Positions 34,966 through 44,569 of a stretch of DNA of 55,925 nucleotides are shown here, piece after piece. The stretch is from positions 1 to 55,925 of the IMG/VR virus record IMGVR_UViG_3300042465_000494. One strand, written 5' to 3'. The DNA is from a virus. Its lineage: Duplodnaviria; Caudoviricetes. Position numbers and translations under genes: made by a program. Below the pieces are notes generated by a model. That model made no database searches. It worked only from the letters and a program-made list of their open reading frames with translations, and was not told the origin of the DNA. How positions within the stretch are numbered: position 1 is the first letter of the stretch; the number at the start of each line of letters is the position of its first letter.

Positions 34966-36081
34966 TCAGATCTCCCTCGACAGCACTGCTGCCGAATAAA
35001 CGTTGCCCATGCCTGCCGCCAATGCCATGATCTCCCCGCTCGGAGCCTCTACATCCAACGACAAGAACTTGGTATCCACCTCTGTCCTGTTTGCAATTTT
35101 TGGCACGAACCCTTGCGCAAGGTCGTCCAGAAGCATGCAGGTCTCCAGCAAGCCGCTGACACCCATCGTGTGGCCGATGGTCGGCTTGTAGCTGGTGGCA
35201 ACGAATTCAGACAGCGTCTCCTCCAAGGCTATTTTTTCGGCCAAGTTGTTTGACTTTGTGCCCGTGCCGTGGGTTTTGACAATCGTGATGTTGGAGGGCT
35301 TAACACCCCCGGCAAACATAGCCCCTTCCATGGCCTTCTTGAAGCCTTGTCCGTCCTCTCGCTGGCCGATGGCATTGGCGCAGCTCTCGCTGGCGGTGTA
35401 CGCCCCTCTGAGGACTGCCTTTGGGCGCTTTGAGCCACGCATGGCAGTCTTGCCGGACTCAAATATTGCCAAGCAAGCGCCTTGGGCAACGTGGAAGCCG
35501 TGGTTGTTTGAGTCAAATGCGGATGGCTTGATGCCTTGGCTCTCGTCCTTCCAGACCAGTGAAGCCTGAGCCTCGCCAAAAAACTCCAAAACGGAGTTGT
35601 TGACCTGATCCTCTACGGCCAGCACGATGACTCGCTGGAACCCAAAGTTGTTAATCAGGTTCTGCACATCCATCAGCACCTTTAAGCTGCTGGCGCAGGC
35701 GGTCGCATCCGTCACGATGTGGTCAGAAGCGCCAAACGCCTGAGCCGTGCGCCCTGCGTAGACTTGCGTCAAGGTAAACGGCAAGAACTTGTACTCGTAG
35801 CTCAGGCCCGTGGGCTTGGCAGAGCGTGGACTGATGCCCGCAAAGTGCGAGTTGCCCGAGGCAAGGATGAAGGCTGTCTTGCCAACTGGGTTCTCACGAA
35901 TGCTGGTGACCAGTTCGGGGTCAAGCACCATGTCGGCCACCTTGTGGGGCGCGTAGATCATGCCGGACTTGGCACGACGGTAGGATTCTGGGAACCAGTG
36001 AACCTTCTGCGGGAAAACAATTTCCTCGAACAGTTCGACCTGTGCGTCCTTGGTGTATCGGTAGTCGGCGAGGTAGATCAT
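34966..36081 (-). CDS. Beta-ketoacyl synthase (FabB/FabF-like, thiolase fold), 371 aa
   Basis: Catalytic Cys in TDATACASS, His in KTHGTGT, Lys/His in SYKPTIGHTMGVSG; also P.AFD....GF..A.GA. Confidence 0.92.
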   Translation of the reverse strand: MIYLADYRYTKDAQVELFEEIVFPQKVHWFPESYRRAKSGMIYAPHKVADMVLDPELVTSIRENPVGKTAFILASGNSHFAGISPRSAKPTGLSYEYKFLPFTLTQVYAGRTAQAFGASDHIVTDATACASSLKVLMDVQNLINNFGFQRVIVLAVEDQVNNSVLEFFGEAQASLVWKDESQGIKPSAFDSNNHGFHVAQGACLAIFESGKTAMRGSKRPKAVLRGAYTASESCANAIGQREDGQGFKKAMEGAMFAGGVKPSNITIVKTHGTGTKSNNLAEKIALEETLSEFVATSYKPTIGHTMGVSGLLETCMLLDDLAQGFVPKIANRTEVDTKFLSLDVEAPSGEIMALAAGMGNVYSAAVLSREI

Positions 36082-36359
36082 TTGATGTACTCCAACGCCC
36101 ACTCGATGGACTCAGGGTCACGCTTCTTGTGCAAGTTGATGGCATCCAACAACTCTTGAACCGTTTCTGGCCGCAACTCTTTTGCGACCTCGTCGTCGAT
36201 GTCATAGATTTCGCTCATGTAGAGCGCCATCATGAGCATGTCGAGCGAGTCAAGAGACGACTCTGTAAACCGTTGATCCATTGAGGTAAACGGAACGTAT
36301 TCGTGGTGGGCTGGCCTTGCCACCCTCGCCACTTTGTTAAACAAGTCCAAGAATTCCAT
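36078..36359 (-). CDS. Acyl carrier protein-like, 93 aa
   Basis: LDSLD phosphopantetheine-site motif, acidic helical protein with E.Y.I...TV.ELLD.I; stop overlaps the KS start (ATGA). Confidence 0.82.
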   Translation of the reverse strand: MEFLDLFNKVARVARPAHHEYVPFTSMDQRFTESSLDSLDMLMMALYMSEIYDIDDEVAKELRPETVQELLDAINLHKKRDPESIEWALEYIK

Positions 36360-36374
36360 GCCACATCTCTCTTT

Positions 36375-36629
36375 TTAAGTTGACGCCGGGTTTACTGCTC
36401 CTACGAGAGCAGATGCCCAGTCTTGCCAGTTGAGGAACCCTTCTGTTGAGGGCACACCTTCATTTGCAAATACGTCGATGGCCTTCAGGGAGTTACCCCA
36501 TTGATGCCAGTCCGTATCTGCGCTTGGGATCATGAGTTGTTGCGCGGCGTATAACTCGCACATCAGACTTGCCCACGACTCAAAAGTATGGTCTCTTGGG
36601 TCGTAGAGCACTCCAATGTTAGTAGCCAC
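36375..36629 (-). CDS. Small Trp-rich tail-associated protein, about 84 aa
   Basis: DPR...W...W..W...P...F..WQDWA; GGAG RBS; overlaps the tail gene stop. Confidence 0.65.
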   Translation of the reverse strand: MATNIGVLYDPRDHTFESWASLMCELYAAQQLMIPSADTDWHQWGNSLKAIDVFANEGVPSTEGFLNWQDWASALVGAVNPAST

Positions 36630-39600
36630 GAACATCTCCAAAGTCAACGTTGACAATTACCCTGCCAACCTGATAATCGCCACCCGTTACGTTGCTTACA
36701 AAGCGCAAGCGAAGCTCACGGCCTTGCTCACGCATGTCGATTTTATTGGTGTTGGGGTCAAAAGGATAGGGGGCGCTGACAATGTCTTCAGATTGAGCGT
36801 AGGGGCGGCTGACGATGTAAACCGCCATCTCGCCGTTTTGGATGAAATCAGGCTCAACACGTTCAATGTGCAGCCAGCGATTCTCGCCCACGGGGGAGGC
36901 TTGAGATGGGCCACCAGACACCCAGCCGATGTCGTTTGTCTCAACGTAGCTCTCAATGGCGTTGGAGTTGACCCCGTACACCTGATCCGTCCCGGTCTCG
37001 TGCCTCCAAAGGGACACGAAATCGCATGTGGTATCCACAATTCCAGCAAAGTTGGCCGACGGGGAGCCGGGAATCGTTGCCGTGAAGCCGTTACCTGCGA
37101 TGTAGCCCGTCCCCTTATTGTTCACAACGAGCTTGGTGACAGATCCACCAGAAACCGTGATGGTAAGAGTTGCCCCTGTTCCCGGCCCACCCACCGCATC
37201 AATATAGGGATAAACGCCATCCGTGTACCCAGCCCCTGCTGCTGTGATTGAAGCTGTGTACATGCCGCCAGTTGCATTGATTTCGTTTGAGGAAATCACG
37301 GGGAAGCGGAACACTTGAGAGAAGTACCCGGCAGAACGCTGGGAGCCCAAGGCAGTGCCTGCGTCGTACCAAGTCTTTTCCCTAATGTTGTAGATGATGG
37401 CGTCGTTGCACTCTGTTGCATCACCCCGAGGGTAGAACCACCACACCTCACCAAATCGAGGAACCTTGGTGGCCCACACCTTCTGGCGCTGGTCATAGTT
37501 CAGGTTGTCGAAGAAGTAGTTCTGGTTCATGTTGTTCGGGATTTCCTGAACAACACCGTTGTACATCAAGAATCGGTCTGTTCCGATCCAGTAGTAGATG
37601 CCGTCGTACTCGATCACGCACTGAGACGACATGATGGAGGACTGGCTGGAGATGATGTCGTAGCGCCAGTATTGAGGTGGAGTTCCAACGCCGCCAACAA
37701 ACGACACACGGATTAGGCTGTCAAGGCTCCAGAACAAGCCAGAAGGCGAGTTTGAGCCACCCCTGACAGGTAGGCCCTTGACAATCTTTCCTGCGGCCAC
37801 GTTGACCTCGTTGGCGTCGGCGCTGTTCCAGTCTGTCGGGTCACCAGCAGAGCAGTTTTTGATCAAGCCTGCGTTGCCGTACACAAAAACGTAGGGGTGC
37901 AGGGCAACCACACCGCCACTGACCTCGATAAAGTTGTTGGTTGGGTTTGCCCCTCCGGTGTCCTTCAAGGGGGCCATGGTCGTGCCCACAACTGGGCCGT
38001 AAAACACATTGGTGTTGACGGTGCTGTCGATCTGTTCAAGGTTTTGGCCCGGGTGCGCCAAAATATCGTTCACCCCACCACCAACGTTGTACAGCGTGTC
38101 CAACTGCCACAAGTTGTTGATGCTTGGAGAAAAGTTGTTCTCAGCCGAGGCAACGTCAATTGAAAATCCAGAGCTGGCGTAGATTGAGCCCACGTTGAAC
38201 TTAAACCCCGAGCTTGCCGTGGTCGCCAAAATGGCAAATTGGAAGCCGTTGCTTGACAGGACGGAAGTCACGGGGATGCTGAATCCACCCGCGCTGCCCA
38301 GCGATGCAACGTTAAATTGAAAGCCAGAGCTGGCGTATGGAGCCGTAAGAACGCTGGTGAAGCCTGAGCTCGTGACCACTGTCGCAACAGGGACTGAAAA
38401 GCCGCTGCTTGCGTAGGTCGCTGTCACAGGGAAAGAGAACCCCGAGCCTGAGCCGCCAATAGAAGATGCGTTGGCGCTCATCAGGTTGCCAGCCGCAAAG
38501 CCAATACCACGGTTGACTATCGTGACAGTGGTCACTGCGCCGCCGTCAACCACGATGTCAGCGGTTGCAAGGCCTCCAGTGCCGCCAATCAATGGAACGC
38601 CCGTGAAGGTAGCAGGGCCGACCGTGGCAACAGGAACGGAGAACCCCGTACCCGTGCCACCGATCAGCGATGCCGCAACGGACAACGAGTCTGCTGCGGT
38701 GTATCCAAAACCCTTGTTTACAATCGTTACAGCCGTAACAGCACCACCAGACACCGTTACATCTGCTGTTGCACCTGAACCAGATCCCGTCAGGCTTGTC
38801 ACCGCAACGCCCAAATATGGAGAGCCTGCGCTGCTGTAACTATTCCCGCCAACAATTGTGCCAAGCGTTGCTATGCCGTTGCCTGTGTAACCAGAGCCGC
38901 CGTTGATTGCTCCGATGGTGTTGATGCCGTTGCCGATGTATTGCGCAAGAGCGGACATGGTGTTTGCCACCACATAGTTGTTGCCCTTGTTGGTGATGGT
39001 GATGGCCGTCACCACGTTACCAGACACGGTAATTTGCGCCGTTGCGCCCGTGCCTGCACCACCCGTCAGAGGAACGTTTGTCCAAACGCCATTGGTGTAG
39101 TTTGAGCCTGCGGTGATGGCTCCAAAGGTTGCAATGCCATTGGTGCTTCCGCCGATTGACGTGGCATCAAACGACAGAGTGTCACCCACCGTATATCCAA
39201 CGCCACGGCTTGTGATGGTGAACGCAGTAACAGCGCCAACCGTGACGGTGATGTTTGCTCTTGCCAACTTGCCAGTGCCGCCAGTCAGCGGAACGCTTAA
39301 ATAAGTCCCGTCCGGGTAATTTGCGCCAGCAGTGGTAATAACGTTTGAGTTGACGCCGTTGCCAATGAGCGCCGCAGAGCAGGTCAAAGTGTCTCCGACC
39401 GTGTACCCAGTACCCGGGCTGGTGAGCACAATACCCACCACCGTGTTGCCTGACACCGTAATCGTTGCCACAGCACCAGCACCCGTTCCTCCTGTAAGGG
39501 GTACGCTTGAGAAGGTTCCGTCGGTGTACAGACTGCCGCCAACCAATGCCGTTCCGCTTCCAACGCCGTTTGTCACACCAGCAAAAGAGGCGGTCAAGTT

Positions 39601-41733
39601 GTCTCCTGTGGCGTAATTCACACCGGGCTCTACAAGCGTCACATTGGACACCACGCCACCAGTGATGGTCACGTTTGCCGTAGCTCCTGAGCCCGTTCCG
39701 CCAGTCAGTGGGGTGTCTCTAAAAATACCAAGACCGGAAAGCGTGGTCGAAGTAACGGTCTGCGACTTGCTCACGTTGTAAGAGCCTGTGCCGCCAAACA
39801 GTTGGTACGTCAAGCCAGTAGGCGTACCCGCAGTGGTCACCAAAGCCGCGCCAGATAACGTAGTCAACTGGAAAGTTGTCGTGCCGTTTGTCTGTGAAAT
39901 TAGGTAAGAGGTTGGGTTTGTGTAGCCCGTGATGCTTCCAGTACCGCCAAACGTACCGCTGATGGTCACGGTGTTGCCAACTGCCAAGGTGGTCGCTGTG
40001 CAACTAAATTGTCCCGCAGTCCCGGTGATCACTACGGATGCCAAAGTTGCTGTTGGTGTGCCGTATGAAGTGATTGTGGTGTCGGGCGAAACACCAGTGC
40101 CCGTGATGGTCTGACCAAGAGCATAAGATCCATCAGACACAGAGGAGATGGTCATCACAGTTCCAGCAATGGTTCCAATACCAGTTGCCGTAGTTGAGCT
40201 TGTGTAGAAGCCGCCACCCGTAATGCCACCCAGAGAGCCAATGATGCCGCTCTTCTTGCCAATATCGTCCGCAGGAGCACTCAGGATGTCGCCTGCTGCG
40301 TAACCCAAACCATCGCTCGTCAAAACCACCTTGGTCACAGAGCCCGTGGTCACAGAGCTGACCTGACACTGGAATCCAGCCGAGGCATTGATGCTTGCTG
40401 GCGCTGCTTGGAAGCCGCTTCCAGAGCCGCCAAGGTTGGTATTGCTGGCTGTCAATATGTCTGTGACTGCATAGCCAATACCATCATATGACACTGAACA
40501 TCCAATTACCACGCCACTAGAAATGGTGATGGTTGCCAAAGCAAGCGAACCTGTTCCAGACACGTTGGTCAGAGGAACGTTTGAATAAATGCCATCTGGA
40601 TAGCCAGATCCGATTGCTGTGACGGAGATGGTGTCGATCCCGTTACCAATGCTTGCGGCAGACGCTGAGAGCACATCATTGGCAGCGTAGTTATTCCCAC
40701 CAAACTCAATGGTGACATCAATCACGTTGCCGCCAGACACGGAGATGATGGCAAGTGCGCCTGTCCCGCTTCCGCCAGTCAGTGGCACGCTTACAAAGCT
40801 GCCGTTGGTGTAATTGCCGCCACTGACAATGTTGTACACAAAGTCGATTGAGTTGGTTCCAACGGTAACCGTACCCTTGGCCCCAGATCCTGAGCCGCCA
40901 GTGAATGCAACGTCGGTGTAAGTGCCGGAGGTGTAGAACTGACCCCCCACCAACCCGCCGTAAGAGCTGATGATGCCGCTACCGCCACCGATGAAGTTGC
41001 TGGAGCAAGTCAACACGTCGTTTACGGTGTAGCCGATACCAGCGTTTTGAATTGCCACGCTTGTCACCGTATTGCCGACCACCGTGATGTTGGCAGTAGC
41101 ACCAGAACCAACTCCACCCGTTGATGGCGAACCCGAGCCATAAATCAAAGGAACAGCCAAATAGCTCCCGTTGCCGTACAAGGAGCCGCCAACAAGGGAG
41201 GATGTTGTCTTGATGCCGTTGCCAATTGATGCTGGCGCTACGGACAGCAAGTCAAGGTACACATACCCGTTGCCGCCGTTGACCAACGCAACCGATGTCA
41301 CGGCGTTTCCAGACACGGTGATGTTGGCAGTTGCGCCAGAGCCAATGCCAGTTACGGAAGTCAGGGGAATGTTGGTGTATGTTCCGTTTGTGTAGTTCGT
41401 GCCGCCAGAGATGATCGGCGCTAAGGTCAAGATCTCGCCACCAAAAGAAAAGTCGTTTGTTGCGGAGCCCACGCCTACGTTGTTAAGTGCTACAACCTGA
41501 AGACCGTTCTCAAAGCCGCTGTAAACACGGCTCAAGCCCGATGTTGAGTCTTGGAAGATTCCCCGTGAAGGGCCTGCCAACTCATCAGTAATCTGAGAGT
41601 AGCCAAGCATTTTTCTGGGTCGTCCGCGCTGGAACCTGACCCACTGACCATCGGTATAAGTCATTTTGTCAAAGACAGTGCCATCCCGCTGGATGCCGGG
41701 TTGCGTGTCAAGAGCAAAAACTTTTTCGGTCAT
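36619..41733 (-). CDS. Tail tube/stabilisation (nozzle-like) protein with large Gly-rich repeat insertion, 1704 aa
   Basis: PGIQRDGT...WVRF.RG.P.K N-terminus and beta-propeller-like C-terminus (YWIG.DRF..YNG.V, F.EVWWFYP). Confidence 0.75.
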   Translation of the reverse strand: MTEKVFALDTQPGIQRDGTVFDKMTYTDGQWVRFQRGRPRKMLGYSQITDELAGPSRGIFQDSTSGLSRVYSGFENGLQVVALNNVGVGSATNDFSFGGEILTLAPIISGGTNYTNGTYTNIPLTSVTGIGSGATANITVSGNAVTSVALVNGGNGYVYLDLLSVAPASIGNGIKTTSSLVGGSLYGNGSYLAVPLIYGSGSPSTGGVGSGATANITVVGNTVTSVAIQNAGIGYTVNDVLTCSSNFIGGGSGIISSYGGLVGGQFYTSGTYTDVAFTGGSGSGAKGTVTVGTNSIDFVYNIVSGGNYTNGSFVSVPLTGGSGTGALAIISVSGGNVIDVTIEFGGNNYAANDVLSASAASIGNGIDTISVTAIGSGYPDGIYSNVPLTNVSGTGSLALATITISSGVVIGCSVSYDGIGYAVTDILTASNTNLGGSGSGFQAAPASINASAGFQCQVSSVTTGSVTKVVLTSDGLGYAAGDILSAPADDIGKKSGIIGSLGGITGGGFYTSSTTATGIGTIAGTVMTISSVSDGSYALGQTITGTGVSPDTTITSYGTPTATLASVVITGTAGQFSCTATTLAVGNTVTISGTFGGTGSITGYTNPTSYLISQTNGTTTFQLTTLSGAALVTTAGTPTGLTYQLFGGTGSYNVSKSQTVTSTTLSGLGIFRDTPLTGGTGSGATANVTITGGVVSNVTLVEPGVNYATGDNLTASFAGVTNGVGSGTALVGGSLYTDGTFSSVPLTGGTGAGAVATITVSGNTVVGIVLTSPGTGYTVGDTLTCSAALIGNGVNSNVITTAGANYPDGTYLSVPLTGGTGKLARANITVTVGAVTAFTITSRGVGYTVGDTLSFDATSIGGSTNGIATFGAITAGSNYTNGVWTNVPLTGGAGTGATAQITVSGNVVTAITITNKGNNYVVANTMSALAQYIGNGINTIGAINGGSGYTGNGIATLGTIVGGNSYSSAGSPYLGVAVTSLTGSGSGATADVTVSGGAVTAVTIVNKGFGYTAADSLSVAASLIGGTGTGFSVPVATVGPATFTGVPLIGGTGGLATADIVVDGGAVTTVTIVNRGIGFAAGNLMSANASSIGGSGSGFSFPVTATYASSGFSVPVATVVTSSGFTSVLTAPYASSGFQFNVASLGSAGGFSIPVTSVLSSNGFQFAILATTASSGFKFNVGSIYASSGFSIDVASAENNFSPSINNLWQLDTLYNVGGGVNDILAHPGQNLEQIDSTVNTNVFYGPVVGTTMAPLKDTGGANPTNNFIEVSGGVVALHPYVFVYGNAGLIKNCSAGDPTDWNSADANEVNVAAGKIVKGLPVRGGSNSPSGLFWSLDSLIRVSFVGGVGTPPQYWRYDIISSQSSIMSSQCVIEYDGIYYWIGTDRFLMYNGVVQEIPNNMNQNYFFDNLNYDQRQKVWATKVPRFGEVWWFYPRGDATECNDAIIYNIREKTWYDAGTALGSQRSAGYFSQVFRFPVISSNEINATGGMYTASITAAGAGYTDGVYPYIDAVGGPGTGATLTITVSGGSVTKLVVNNKGTGYIAGNGFTATIPGSPSANFAGIVDTTCDFVSLWRHETGTDQVYGVNSNAIESYVETNDIGWVSGGPSQASPVGENRWLHIERVEPDFIQNGEMAVYIVSRPYAQSEDIVSAPYPFDPNTNKIDMREQGRELRLRFVSNVTGGDYQVGRVIVNVDFGDVRGY

Positions 41734-42959
41734 TAGAAAGTGCCCCCGGAAATGCCACCAGAGAATGTTCCAGTTCCAGCAACGGTAATGCCGTTGACCG
41801 TCACGGACAATCGCTGAGTGCCAATCACGGAGAACGCCACAGTGTTTGTGGTGTAGAACATGCCCGTGTTGGTCTGCGCGAGAAAGTTGATTGCGGGAGA
41901 GGCCGCTGATCCAGAGATCAACGAAATGGCTGTAGCGCCAACCTGAGTTGTGTTGGCGTTAAAAAAGTCCACACCATCGCAGATAACTGTGACCTGAGAG
42001 GAAGGTGGAATCACTACCCCAGCACCAGTCGCCGTCTTGACGGTAAGCGTGTTTCCGCCTGCGGACGTCTGGTTGCTGATGACGTAAAAGTTAACCACGG
42101 GCGGGTAAACAATTGTTGCAGAGCTACTCAGCGTTCCGGTAAATTCTTGGATGGTGTTGGACGCCTCGTTGGCCGTCAAAGTGGTCGTACCGCCCGTGAT
42201 TGACTTTGCCAACGCAGAGAAAGAAAAGTCAGTTCCTTGTCCGTAGCCTACAGTGATGTAGTCGGTTCCGGTGCAAACAATAAATGCGGAGTCGCTTGGC
42301 TGAAAAAGCTTAACAGTGTTGTTGTCCAGAAGTTGTCCGCCAGACGTGTTAACTGTCAAAGTGCCAGTTCCAGCGTTGCGCACCAAGACAAACCAGTTAG
42401 CACCAAGAGTGCTGACCAGCGGGAGGGTTACAGTACCCGCTCCGCCAGTCCAGATGTGCAACTCAGCACGGTCTGAAGAAACAAACGTGTCACCGTCTGC
42501 GATGTATGTAATTGGATGGCTTTGGTTCAGCGTGGTGGACTGAGCGACCAAACCAGCGCCAGCAAGGGTTGCAGCATCCGAAGCTGAAGTCCCTGTGCCG
42601 AAGGCGATGATGCCCCATGTACCTGCGGTCGTGGCGTTGGTCGTGATGTAAATGTACTGAGCCTGCCCAGCCGCAACGGAGATGATCGTGTTGCCAGCGT
42701 AGTCCACCACGGTGAACGTGTTGGCTCCAACGTTGCGAATCAGCGCATCTTGACCAACCGAGGCTTGGTTGGCAGGGGGCATGATCAGCTTCAGGCTACC
42801 CGCCGTCGCCGTGATCTGCATGATCCGTGCGGCGTAGTCTACGTTTGGCTCACTGTTGATGGGCCACTGTAGCTGGGTGTCTGCCGAGATTGTGTATTGA
42901 GCGTAGCTAACGTCCGTTGGCTGGACGACGTTACCGCTGAAGGGGCTATTAAAACTCAT
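41733..42959 (-). CDS. Tail structural protein, 408 aa
   Basis: Thr/Gly-rich beta protein; TLP..../GS...P...F...TG motifs. Confidence 0.7.
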   Translation of the reverse strand: MSFNSPFSGNVVQPTDVSYAQYTISADTQLQWPINSEPNVDYAARIMQITATAGSLKLIMPPANQASVGQDALIRNVGANTFTVVDYAGNTIISVAAGQAQYIYITTNATTAGTWGIIAFGTGTSASDAATLAGAGLVAQSTTLNQSHPITYIADGDTFVSSDRAELHIWTGGAGTVTLPLVSTLGANWFVLVRNAGTGTLTVNTSGGQLLDNNTVKLFQPSDSAFIVCTGTDYITVGYGQGTDFSFSALAKSITGGTTTLTANEASNTIQEFTGTLSSSATIVYPPVVNFYVISNQTSAGGNTLTVKTATGAGVVIPPSSQVTVICDGVDFFNANTTQVGATAISLISGSAASPAINFLAQTNTGMFYTTNTVAFSVIGTQRLSVTVNGITVAGTGTFSGGISGGTF

Positions 42960-43591
42960 GAGTCCACCGCCATTGCTTGTCTATCGGCAATCCGCAGCTT
43001 GTCCTCGACCATCAATGCTTGCATGATGCCTTGGTACTGCTGTTGCCAGATTGGAATCCTGCTGTCGTTCTTGAGAAACGGCATGGCTTGCAAAAGTGAG
43101 CCATACAGCAGGGCTTGAGGAGCGTATTGCGTGAACCAGTTGACCTGATTGGTTGAGTCCAAAGGCTGCACGCGCTCGTAGTAAATCACCTCGTAGGTGT
43201 ATGCTGAATCAGGGGTTGGAGCTACCAACCAGTGGGTGTAGTCGTAGTCGCAGTAAAACTTCGGGACTTCCGTAGCAGTGGCGTTAGGCCAATACTCCCG
43301 CATGTACTCGTACCGACGAAGCAAGAGGGGCTGGCGACTGCCTGCCACCGTCACGTTCATGGACACCGTTTTGTGCCACCGCGCAGGCTTGTCAATAATG
43401 TTCTGGCTTGCCACCATGGTGCTGGTGTTGACAATCAGGTTCCCGAGAAACTTGATCTGGCTGGCGATGGTTTGCTCCGCCAACATAATGAACAAGGGGA
43501 TTTTGGCAAGAGTGGCTGCGTCGGTGCGCTCCAGATATGACTGAATGTTTTCGACCAGAGAGTCATACGTCATTACGGCTGCAACTGTCAT
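42956..43591 (-). CDS. Head-tail adaptor/connector protein, 211 aa
   Basis: TY..L...I..YL.R..., PTPD..Y..E..YY, P.ALLYGSL..A pattern. Confidence 0.75.
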   Translation of the reverse strand: MTVAAVMTYDSLVENIQSYLERTDAATLAKIPLFIMLAEQTIASQIKFLGNLIVNTSTMVASQNIIDKPARWHKTVSMNVTVAGSRQPLLLRRYEYMREYWPNATATEVPKFYCDYDYTHWLVAPTPDSAYTYEVIYYERVQPLDSTNQVNWFTQYAPQALLYGSLLQAMPFLKNDSRIPIWQQQYQGIMQALMVEDKLRIADRQAMAVDS

Positions 43592-43636
43592 TTTGCTACA
43601 CCCTTTCTTTTGTTTATTTTAGTTGGCAGGGGCGTT

Positions 43637-44074
43637 TTAGGCAAATGGCCGAGTTCCAGCCTTGTCAATGATCAGCGCCTGTTTGCGGGGGGTGGTGTCA
43701 TCGCTGTTAGGGATGCTGATGTGCGTCCAGCGGTCAAACTCGCGGATAACTTGGTCGTAGCTGATCCCGCTGGCAACAATCTTGCGCACCACCTCGTCAG
43801 GAGTCATGCCGGGAACCCTGAAGTCGGCAGCGCAGCCAATACGGTGCTGGCTGGTGTCTTTGCTGCCCACGGCATCGTTGACCTTTTTGGTGCGCAGCCC
43901 AGAGCTGATCATGATGGGTTTGCCACCCAAGACTACCTTAACTTGCTCTAAGAAGTCAGCCAATCGCGTGAGATTGGCAAGTTCGGCGTCGTTGGGGCTG
44001 TTGTCCCAGCCGTTGCGCTCGGCTGTTTCGGATGCAGTCAACTCGTCGAGGGTGAAGTGTGGTGTCAAGTTCAT
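43637..44074 (-). CDS. Endolysin, peptidase M15A family
   Basis: HF.L.E, SSG.R, SQH..G.AAD, W.HIS zinc-binding motifs. Confidence 0.9.
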   Translation of the reverse strand: MNLTPHFTLDELTASETAERNGWDNSPNDAELANLTRLADFLEQVKVVLGGKPIMISSGLRTKKVNDAVGSKDTSQHRIGCAADFRVPGMTPDEVVRKIVASGISYDQVIREFDRWTHISIPNSDDTTPRKQALIIDKAGTRPFA

Positions 44075-44568
44075 TTTGCGGCTCCTACTTTTGAAAGAAG
44101 GTCGGTTTTGGCTTGTGAGCCAGCAGAAGAGCCAAAGTAGTAGGCAATAATGCCCGTCCACGCTGTGCCCAAACTGCCCAGCATCATCAAGATGGCGGGG
44201 TTGTTGCTGTCCACCTTGTTGAAAAACATCAGTGTCATGATGGCAAAAAAGCCAATGGTGACTGCGCCAGCCAAGATGGGAGGCATGAGGCTACGAGTGG
44301 TGGCTTGCATCTCCCGTGCCGACTTGCGGTCTTCAACTTCCAGCTTCTCAAAGTTGAGGCCCAGCTCCTGAGCCTGCTTTTGCAACTCGATCTCGGCCAG
44401 CTTGACCTGCGCAATCTGGTCGGCTGTCAGTTTGTTGTTGGCGATCAGGTCGCCCACCTTGGACTCATCCACGCCGATGGCCTTGGAGATGGCCGACACA
44501 GCCATCCCTGCCAGTGGCCCACCCATAGCCGTGGCTATGGTCGGTGCGATTTGTTTAAGCCAATCCAT
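44071..44568 (-). CDS. Holin-like membrane protein (GTA 3TM type)
   Basis: APT.ATA.GGP, DR.SAR, two C-terminal TM helices, YYFGSS; overlaps the endolysin start. Confidence 0.8.
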   Translation of the reverse strand: MDWLKQIAPTIATAMGGPLAGMAVSAISKAIGVDESKVGDLIANNKLTADQIAQVKLAEIELQKQAQELGLNFEKLEVEDRKSAREMQATTRSLMPPILAGAVTIGFFAIMTLMFFNKVDSNNPAILMMLGSLGTAWTGIIAYYFGSSAGSQAKTDLLSKVGAAK

Positions 44569-44569
44569 A

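Noticed and set aside
34966-36359. Host chromosomal fab operon contamination or chimeric assembly
   Set aside because: Genes are tightly coupled with flanking phage genes on the same strand, other fab genes are absent and the KS is divergent
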